Assembly (NCBI GenBank): GCA_016432445.1 | Contig: CP066689.1 | Span: 570,001 to 602,000 of the forward strand | Direction: 5' to 3' | Length of the DNA: 32,000 nucleotides | Source: Candidatus Saccharimonadota bacterium | GTDB taxonomy: Bacteria; Patescibacteriota; Microgenomatia; UBA1406; GWC2-37-13 | Position numbers and translations under genes: made by a program | Part shown: positions 1 through 6,084 of the stretch, piece after piece | Position numbering within the stretch: position 1 is the first letter of the stretch | How the letters are laid out: each line of letters begins with the position of its first letter | The notes under the pieces: model-generated | Databases searched by the model: none | What the model was told of the DNA's origin: nothing | What the model saw: only the letters and a program-made list of their open reading frames with translations

Positions 1-407
1 CTTTCTGCGCTGGCGTAATTTTTTTTGGATAACAAAGTTAGAGTTTCAGTGAAAAGTTCATCAAACTTTGAGGTTTTAGCAGACATTTCCTTTAAACTAA
101 GAAGCTGCTCATAAGTTTTGACGGCTTTACTGTAGGTATTTTGAATATTATTGATCTCTTCAGTATTTTTTTTATTTATTTTTACTTGATCTTGATTTTT
201 AAAATCGGTAAGTTCAGCTTTGGTTTGAGAAAGCTGCTGATTTAATTTTGACTTTGCGGAGCCCAAAGCCAGAAGTGAGGTTTTCAAATTTGTCGACTCA
301 AAAGCAAAATAACCGGCCAAAACTAAAAGAATTATTATCGGCAGTATCCGAAAAAAATGAAATAATTTTGACCGCTTTTTTAGAGTGTTTAAAAATGATT
401 TGATCAT
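1..407 (-). CDS. hypothetical membrane-anchored coiled-coil protein (3' end runs off the window)
   Basis: Absent from the ORF track because it is open at the window edge. My reverse-complement read from ATG 407-405 gives MIKSFLNTLKKRSKLFHFFRILPIIILLVLAGYFAF... (N-terminal TM helix). This is followed by K/Q/E-rich sequence with no stop down to position 1. Confidence 0.55.
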   Translation of the reverse strand, partial: MIKSFLNTLKKRSKLFHFFRILPIIILLVLAGYFAFESTNLKTSLLALGSAKSKLNQQLSQTKAELTDFKNQDQVKINKKNTEEINNIQNTYSKAVKTYEQLLSLKEMSAKTSKFDELFTETLTLLSKKNYASAE

Positions 408-471
408 GAGTTTTTTTTAAAAAAATATGCCGTTAAGAAGAAATTATTTTACGGCTAATTAAGTATGAATA

Positions 472-499
472 AGTATATCAAATACTATAAAACTGTCAA
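472..499 (-). promoter_or_regulatory. sigma70-like promoter for the 1..407 gene
   Basis: The minus strand reads TTGACA (499-494), a 16-nt spacer, then TATACT (477-472), preceded by TGa (extended -10). Confidence 0.45.
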
Positions 500-543
500 G
501 TTAAAATGTAGTCTATAGGATCACTTTCACTTGGGTATAATTG

Positions 544-813
544 TTACCTTCTTTTTTTAATCGTTGGGCTGCTGGCTGCGGATTTTTCAAAACTAGAATC
601 GGCTACGAGAGGTTTGCGTATTTCTTCAGCTCCGCTGTTTTCTAGGTGATTTTCCAAAGCCTTAGGGGATTTATTATCAATGCTTGATGTTATTCCATAT
701 GTGCCAACGCCAAATGGACTTTTATTAACTAGTTCATCAACTTTTTTTGCAAGATGAAAAGGATCATCTTCTACAGGCTTTATTACCCTTACTACACGTC
801 GTCTCTTTTTCAT
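544..813 (-). CDS. hypothetical small protein with basic termini (89 aa)
   Basis: ORF-track ORF. It has an MKKRRRVVRV N-terminus and a TIKKRR C-terminus. No recognisable family and no clear SD. Confidence 0.4.
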   Translation of the reverse strand: MKKRRRVVRVIKPVEDDPFHLAKKVDELVNKSPFGVGTYGITSSIDNKSPKALENHLENSGAEEIRKPLVADSSFEKSAASSPTIKKRR

Positions 814-942
814 AGAACCATGATAAAACTTAAGTTTAAGGTATACATAAGAATGATGTAATATTTCTGTAAAAGATAGTCCACTTACATTTTACGGCTA
901 ATCAACCTACGCGGTTGCCTAAAGAGGAGTATAATTATAAAT

Positions 943-2766
943 ATGGGTGATCAAGAAAAGTTCACAAACAAGGTGATTGCTCAGGTTCTCCGCTCTGTTG
1001 CTGCTGCTTATCTTCTTAAAGGGGAAAACCGTTTTAAAATAATAGCTTATGATAATGCCGCTGGTACAGTTGAGCATATGAACCGCGAACTTAAAGATAT
1101 CTGGCAGGAAGGAAAAATACATGATGTGCCTGGGATTGGTCCATCAATATCCGAACATCTGACCGAGTACTTTAAAAAAGGCCACTCCAGTCATTTTGAC
1201 CGGATCTTAAAAGGAATTCCGTCTGCAGTTTTTACCTTAATGAATGTTTCGTTTATAGGACCAAAAAGAGCTTTAAAACTTGTAAAAGCACTACATCTTT
1301 TTAATTCTGATACAGCCATAAATGACCTTAAAGAAGCTTGCCTAAGTGATAAAGTATCCAAGATTCCAACATTCGGAAAAAAGTCTCAGGATGACATACT
1401 TTTGTCGATTGAACTTTATGAGCAAAGCACTAAAAAAACCGAAAGAATGCCCTTGCCTTATGCTTCTGAGCTGGCTCAAGAAGTAGTGGAATATCTTAAA
1501 AAACTTCCATGGGTAATCCGAGCTGACGCTTTAGGTTCTTTACGGCGGATGGTGGCAACTGTAGGCGACATTGATGTCGCAGTTGCCGCTGAAGATAAAA
1601 ATGCCAGTTTGATAATTGATAAATTTATTAATTTCCCCCGAATGATAAGAGTTGATAATGCGGGCGGGAAAAAAGCTTCAATTATTGTTAGTCCAAACAT
1701 AAGAGTTGATTTAAGAACTCAATCACCGGCTACATACGGATCAATGCTTCAGTATCTTACCGGCAGCAAATCACACAATATTAAGTTAAGGGAGTATGCG
1801 CTAAAAAAGGGTTATTCATTATCTGAGTATGGTTTGAAACCTTTGAAGAAAATTCAAAATTCAAATGTCAAATTTCAAAATTACAATTCAAAATCCAAAA
1901 TTTTAGAGTTTAAGGATGAACCTTGGCTTTATAATTTTTTAGGACTGGATTATATTGAGCCTGAGCTCAGGGAAGGGACAGATGAAATAGATATAGCTTT
2001 AAAACATGATCTGCCTGTGTTAGTTAACACGGAAGATATTAAAGGAGATATGCATGTTCACTCTTCCTACGATCTTCAGCCGTCACATGATAGGGGTGCT
2101 AATAGTTTTGAAGAAATGATTGAAAAAGCAATAGAACTTAAATATAAGTATATTGGTTTTAGTGAACATAACCCTCGTCAGGGATTAGGAGCTGATGAGA
2201 TGATAAAAATTCTTAAAAAAAGAAAAGAGAATATTGAAAATATTTTCAAAAAGAAAAAATATAATTTAAATTATTTTATTGGGCTGGAAGTAGACATTTT
2301 GCCAAATGGGGAATTAGCCATTCCTAAAAAAGCTTTAGATTATCTGGATTATATTGTTGCTTCAGTTCATAGTTCCTTTAGGATAAATAGTAAAGATATG
2401 ACCAAAAGAATTCTTAAAGCTTTAAGCTTTCCGAAAGTAAAAATACTCGGTCATCCGACAACCAGGCTTTTGGGAAAGCGTGAGGGTATTGATGCTGACT
2501 GGGAACAAATTTTTAAAGAAACAAAGAAAAGAAATATTGCCTTGGAGATTAATTCTTTCTATGACCGCTTGGATCTTCCTGATACATTAGTTAAATTAGC
2601 TTTAAATAACGATAATTTGTTAATTATTAATACCGATTCTCACTTTGTTGAATCAATGGAATATATGGTGTATGGAGTTTCAGTAGCCCGCCGTGGTTGG
2701 GCAACAAAAAATGATATAATTAATACTAGAGAGTATAATGAAGTTAGAGAGTGGATAGGAGTTTAA
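943..2766 (+). CDS. polX: family X DNA polymerase with C-terminal PHP phosphoesterase domain (PolX)
   Basis: The Pol-beta-like core includes [17 protein letters not shown]. The PHP motifs are [17 protein letters not shown] and INTDSH. The 607-aa length is typical. Confidence 0.9.
   Translation: MGDQEKFTNKVIAQVLRSVAAAYLLKGENRFKIIAYDNAAGTVEHMNRELKDIWQEGKIHDVPGIGPSISEHLTEYFKKGHSSHFDRILKGIPSAVFTLMNVSFIGPKRALKLVKALHLFNSDTAINDLKEACLSDKVSKIPTFGKKSQDDILLSIELYEQSTKKTERMPLPYASELAQEVVEYLKKLPWVIRADALGSLRRMVATVGDIDVAVAAEDKNASLIIDKFINFPRMIRVDNAGGKKASIIVSPNIRVDLRTQSPATYGSMLQYLTGSKSHNIKLREYALKKGYSLSEYGLKPLKKIQNSNVKFQNYNSKSKILEFKDEPWLYNFLGLDYIEPELREGTDEIDIALKHDLPVLVNTEDIKGDMHVHSSYDLQPSHDRGANSFEEMIEKAIELKYKYIGFSEHNPRQGLGADEMIKILKKRKENIENIFKKKKYNLNYFIGLEVDILPNGELAIPKKALDYLDYIVASVHSSFRINSKDMTKRILKALSFPKVKILGHPTTRLLGKREGIDADWEQIFKETKKRNIALEINSFYDRLDLPDTLVKLALNNDNLLIINTDSHFVESMEYMVYGVSVARRGWATKNDIINTREYNEVREWIGV
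1851..1904 (+). repeat. heptamer-periodic repeat arm (ANTTCAA type) read in-frame inside polX
   Basis: The units are aattcaa aattcaa atgtcaa atttcaa aattaca attcaaa atccaaa. They translate as [19 protein letters not shown]. The block resembles the left arm of the hairpin at 2765-2788. Confidence 0.7.
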
Positions 2767-2823
2767 ATCCAAATGTCAAAATTCAAATTTTAAACACTCA
2801 TTTGACATTTGTCATTTGGATTT
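2765..2823. repeat. AAATCCA/CAAAT-type palindromic repeat hairpin at the polX 3' end
   Basis: aaatccaaatgtcaaa (2765-2780) pairs with tttgacattt[gtcattt]ggattt (2801-2823); the right arm carries one extra heptamer. The element starts at the polX stop codon. Confidence 0.75.
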
Positions 2824-2843
2824 ATTATTTATTTATTAATACT

Positions 2844-3404
2844 ATGCCAATAAACACAACCTATATATTGCTTGGGGTAAGTGCAGTAATTGTTATATAC
2901 CTGATTGCGACTTACAATGGTTTTGTGGTTTTAAAAACCCGGATTCAGGAAGCGCTTTCCGGCATTGATGTTCAGCTTAAACGAAGAGCTGACCTTATAC
3001 CTAACCTTGTAGAAACTGTTAAAGGCTATGCCAAGCATGAAAAAGAAGTTTTTGAGAATGTGACAAAAGCTAGATCGGCTTTGATGCATGCAGGTTCACT
3101 ACACGAAAAAGCAGAAGCAAACAATATGTTAACTGATGCACTGAAATCGTTGTTTGCTGTTGCTGAAGCTTATCCTGCTTTAAGAGCCAGTGAAAACTTT
3201 CAGGAACTTCAAAGGGCAGTCGAAGATACCGAAGACAAAGTGGCTTACTCCAGACAGTTTTATAACTCGAACGTGATGGATTACAATGCGAAGCTTGGAG
3301 TTTTCCCAAGCAACATAATTGGTAATGTATTTGCTTTTAAGCCTTTTGAGTTTTTTGAAGCAGAAGGGGAAGAAAGAAAAAAAGTTGAGGTTAAGTTTAC
3401 ATAA
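2844..3404 (+). CDS. lemA: LemA family membrane protein
   Basis: It has an N-terminal TM helix followed by [54 protein letters not shown], which is typical of LemA. I start it at ATG 2844; the track start at 2751 lies inside the repeat hairpin. Confidence 0.88.
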   Translation: MPINTTYILLGVSAVIVIYLIATYNGFVVLKTRIQEALSGIDVQLKRRADLIPNLVETVKGYAKHEKEVFENVTKARSALMHAGSLHEKAEANNMLTDALKSLFAVAEAYPALRASENFQELQRAVEDTEDKVAYSRQFYNSNVMDYNAKLGVFPSNIIGNVFAFKPFEFFEAEGEERKKVEVKFT

Positions 3405-4297
3405 TGACAGTCTATAACCAAATTTCAACAAATAAACTGAAGACGTACTTGATAATCTTTATTTTTATTCTGTTGATGTCAGGTTTCTTTTTTATAATTG
3501 GGAAATTTTTCCAAAATCCGGGTCTCTACTTTGCAATCGGTATATCTTTTTCTTTAATTTCGTCTCTTGGCAGTTATTTTTACTCCGATAAAATAGTGCT
3601 TTTTACAACAGGCGCAAAGCCAGCCAGTAAAAAAGAACACTTTAATTTTTATACCGTGACGGAAAATTTGGCTATTGCCACAGGCATGCCAATGCCTAAA
3701 TTGTATGTGATGGATGATCAGTCAATGAATGCTTTTGCGACAGGACGTGATCCTAAGCATGCGGTGGTAGCGGCAACTACTGGTCTTTTGGAAAGATTAG
3801 ACAGGGCCGAGCTTGAAGGAGTCATCGCTCATGAATTGTCGCACATAAAAAATTATGATATTTTGCTGGCTTCAATTGTCGCGGTACTTGTTGGAACTAT
3901 TGCTCTTGTTTCTGACTGGATTATGAGGAGTTTGTGGTGGAGAGGTAATGATGACCGAAGAGAAAACAGAAGTCCGCTACTATTTGTTCTATTAATAATA
4001 GCACTAATTTTAACTCCAATTGTGGCGACATTAATTCAACTTACCGTTTCAAGAAAGCGAGAGTTTTTGGCTGATGCAACCGGAGCTTTAATAACCCGTT
4101 ACCCTGAAGGATTGGCTCGCGCCCTTGAGAAAATATCAGGAGACAGGCATGTCTCAACTCACGCTACATCTTCAACCGCCCATCTTTTTATTGCTAATCC
4201 TTTTAAAAAAGGAAAAGGAACAGGCAGTTGGTTGGCTTCACTTTTTTCAACACATCCTCCAGTTGAAGAAAGAATTAGGATTTTAAGAAATCTATAA
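3404..4297 (+). CDS. htpX: M48 family zinc metalloprotease HtpX
   Basis: It has the HELSHIKNYD (HExxH) motif, multiple TM helices and the C-terminal STHPPVEERI motif. The start overlaps the lemA stop (TAATG). Confidence 0.9.
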   Translation: MTVYNQISTNKLKTYLIIFIFILLMSGFFFIIGKFFQNPGLYFAIGISFSLISSLGSYFYSDKIVLFTTGAKPASKKEHFNFYTVTENLAIATGMPMPKLYVMDDQSMNAFATGRDPKHAVVAATTGLLERLDRAELEGVIAHELSHIKNYDILLASIVAVLVGTIALVSDWIMRSLWWRGNDDRRENRSPLLFVLLIIALILTPIVATLIQLTVSRKREFLADATGALITRYPEGLARALEKISGDRHVSTHATSSTAHLFIANPFKKGKGTGSWLASLFSTHPPVEERIRILRNL

Positions 4298-4335
4298 CAA
4301 TTATAATTGTTATAACGATTATAACTGTTATATTT
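4293..4335. repeat. TTATAAC-type palindromic repeat
   Basis: There is a perfect 22-nt palindrome tataacaattataattgttata (4293-4314) overlapping the htpX stop, followed by acgattataactgttata. It shares the 15-mer gttataacgattata with 21194-21208. Confidence 0.75.
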
Positions 4336-4425
4336 TCCCCATAAAAAAAGCCCCGGGGAAGATAGAATGACGAAATGTGCGCCGCTGCACTGACTGCTAC
4401 ATTGCAGTCCTTTTCGTCGCTCCAA

Positions 4426-4632
4426 TCATGGGGGCTTTTCAGTGTGTATCTGCGCAGAACGACTATTAGTGTATCTTACCATTATAAGGATCAGTGCCGC
4501 AGCTGGAAGGAAAGCCAGCAGGTAATAAAGACCAATGTTTACCATGGTGATCTCAAACGGCGAGTACCAAGGTTTCAGAAGGACAACGATGAACATAAGG
4601 CCAGCAATGACTGCCGGCCAGAGAGAACTCAT
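4426..4632 (-). CDS. small two-TM membrane protein (68 aa), third gene of the G+C-rich cassette
   Basis: I use an internal ATG at 4632 preceded by AAGGAG (4647-4642). There is an ATGA start/stop overlap with the upstream gene. The sequence MSSLWPAVIAGLMFIVVLL...LYYLLAFLPAAALILIMV has two hydrophobic helices. Confidence 0.55.
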   Translation of the reverse strand: MSSLWPAVIAGLMFIVVLLKPWYSPFEITMVNIGLYYLLAFLPAAALILIMVRYTNSRSAQIHTEKPP

Positions 4633-4850
4633 AGTTTTGAACTCCTTTGGCGAGGTTGGGAGGAATGGTACCACAACAGAGCGCCGATTCCAACCGAAGC
4701 TGGGAAGTAGTAACTTACCCAGTCTTGTTTTAGCACATCAAGAGCTGAGATGCCAAGAGCTTGTAGGAGAAGCGCTAACACTATACCAAAAAGACTGGAG
4801 AATACCATTGCTGCTGCGAGCAGGAATTCGATGATTGTCAATCTTTTCAT
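4629..4850 (-). CDS. small membrane protein (73 aa), second gene of the cassette
   Basis: ATG 4850 is preceded by aaAGGAGttaaaacga. The sequence MKRLTIIEFLLAAAMVFSSLFGIVLALLL is strongly hydrophobic. The 145-aa track version adds an implausible R/S/P-rich N-terminus that overlaps the upstream gene. Confidence 0.55.
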   Translation of the reverse strand: MKRLTIIEFLLAAAMVFSSLFGIVLALLLQALGISALDVLKQDWVSYYFPASVGIGALLWYHSSQPRQRSSKL

Positions 4851-4912
4851 TCGTTTTAACTCCTTTAATTTACGTAAGTAAGGATGGGGCGGTTGGATTG
4901 GTACTGATCGAT

Positions 4913-5185
4913 CTAGACTAGTCGGTGAATCGACGTAAGCAATTTGCTTATGGCGGACGGAACTTTGATACCAAAAACTTTGATACCAAAAACCGTGGTT
5001 GTTCCATCGTCGCCTTCGAGCACTGCTGCCAGGTCGTTCACGAGCCGGACCTTTTGAATCGGGCAAAGAGCGCGGGGTTTGATAACCGGTAAACTTCTGT
5101 TGCGGGCTTCCTTGTCAAGATGTTCCTGGATCGTTCTGATAGCAACATCAATGGTGCGCGTTTCATCTGCAACAAAACCGCTCAT
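4913..5185 (-). CDS. hypothetical soluble protein (90 aa), first gene of the cassette
   Basis: ATG 5185 is preceded by AAGGAGG (5200-5194) with an 8-nt spacer. The product MSGFVADETRTIDVAIRTIQEHLDKEAR... contains a duplicated FGIKV pentapeptide. No family recognised. Confidence 0.5.
   Translation of the reverse strand: MSGFVADETRTIDVAIRTIQEHLDKEARNRSLPVIKPRALCPIQKVRLVNDLAAVLEGDDGTTTVFGIKVFGIKVPSAISKLLTSIHRLV
4963..4992. repeat. perfect 15-bp tandem duplication (ctttgataccaaaaa x2)
   Basis: Direct reading shows 4963-4977 is identical to 4978-4992. It is in-frame within the 90-aa ORF (FGIKVFGIKV on the minus strand). Confidence 0.9.
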
Positions 5186-5243
5186 TGAGTTTTCCTCCTT
5201 TCTTTGGATTTGATATTTAACAAGCTTCACTCCCGCCCCGTAA

Positions 5244-5376
5244 GTGAAGATTGCCAAACAAGAGAGATCTTTGATCTGAGATCTTAGATTCTGGATATTT
5301 GATTTTCGACTATCGAGTATCTAAGATCAAAGATCTAACATCTAAGATCTTAATTCTCTTCTTTGGCAGGCTTCAC
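5244..5376. repeat. long imperfect hairpin with an AGATCTN heptamer-repeat core
   Basis: The outer stem is gtgaagattgccaaa (5244-5258) paired with tttggcaggcttcac (5362-5376), 13/15 bp. The core 5265-5350 is built of agatctt/tgatctg/agatctt/agattct units and their complements. Confidence 0.7.
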
Positions 5377-5430
5377 GAAAGGGAGAGAGTTTATTTACAT
5401 TCTGCACAGTTTTTCAAAGTGCTCGATTTG

Positions 5431-5473
5431 CAAAAAATAAAGCCATAGAAAGCTTTTATCTAGGGCTTTTTTA
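5431..5473 (-). terminator. intrinsic (bidirectional-looking) terminator after the receiver gene
   Basis: The stem is agccatag (5441-5448) paired with ctagggct (5460-5467), with one mismatch. It is flanked by an A-run (5432-5437) and a T-run (5467-5472). Confidence 0.5.
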
Positions 5474-5498
5474 TATGCTTATAGGGTATTATAGCAGA

Positions 5499-5981
5499 TT
5501 AATAAGCTCTTTCACCGTTTATGCGAGGTTGTCCATTTTTTGTTTCTTTGTTAATTTCGTCGTTTAATTCCTGATCAGGTTCCTCGTTTACTAATTTAAT
5601 CAGATCATCAATGTCGAAAGGTTTACGAAGAATATAATCTTTAGTTTCAGCAGTCATCTTTTCTATTTCTTTTTCAACTAAAGCTGTTAAAATCACCACT
5701 CTTCTGTCTTTCATGCATGGTTTATCAGGATTTGTTGTTGATTTAAAAAAATCCCACATACTTCCAGATGTTGAATCGACTGACCATAAGATTACGTTAG
5801 GATCAAAGCTTAATATAAAAGCTTCATATTCCGCTTCTTTTCCTAAAAAATCGCTGGTCATTGCCGATTGAACATTGTACCCTTCTGTATTAAGTAACAT
5901 CTCAATCATTTCTATTTCAGCCGGGTTATTGTCAAATACGGCTACTTTTTTCGCCGCCATAGTCGGCTGGTTAGGATCCAT
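5499..5981 (-). CDS. stand-alone CheY-like receiver domain protein (atypical acidic pocket)
   Basis: Receiver landmarks are KKVAVFDNN (DN instead of DD), ILWSVD (candidate phospho-Asp), VVILTA and LRKPFDIDDL (conserved Lys). There is no output domain. Confidence 0.7.
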   Translation of the reverse strand: MDPNQPTMAAKKVAVFDNNPAEIEMIEMLLNTEGYNVQSAMTSDFLGKEAEYEAFILSFDPNVILWSVDSTSGSMWDFFKSTTNPDKPCMKDRRVVILTALVEKEIEKMTAETKDYILRKPFDIDDLIKLVNEEPDQELNDEINKETKNGQPRINGERAY

Positions 5982-6084
5982 GATTTAACCCTACATTAAA
6001 CAAGTTAGGAAAAAATAGCAATACTGTAAGAATTAAGAAAGAAATCAATTTTTATCGGGAAATATTGTTATAATAATGAACACT

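Noticed and set aside
4375-4834. Plus-strand ORFs 4375..4710 (111 aa) and 4535..4834 (99 aa).
   Set aside because: Their translations are R/Q/W-rich and low-complexity, they lack SDs, and they overlap each other. The minus-strand frames in the same DNA have canonical AAGGAG SDs, an ATGA coupling and coherent TM helices, so the plus-strand ORFs are shadow frames of a G+C-rich region.
4629-4850. A type IV pilin-like class III signal in the 73-aa protein (MKR-LTIIEF, with Glu at +5).
   Set aside because: The near-invariant Gly at -1 of the prepilin peptidase site is missing (it is Arg), and the protein is far shorter than pilins. The resemblance is probably a generic TM helix.
4629-5257. The long versions of the minus-strand ORFs (145 aa at 4629..5066 and 114 aa at 4913..5257).
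   Set aside because: The extended N-termini (MPDSKGPARERPGSSARRRRW...; MAIFTYGAGVKLVKYQIQRKEENS) overlap the neighbouring gene or the leader hairpin, and each contains the SD of the internal ATG. The shorter starts at 4850 and 5185 fit better.
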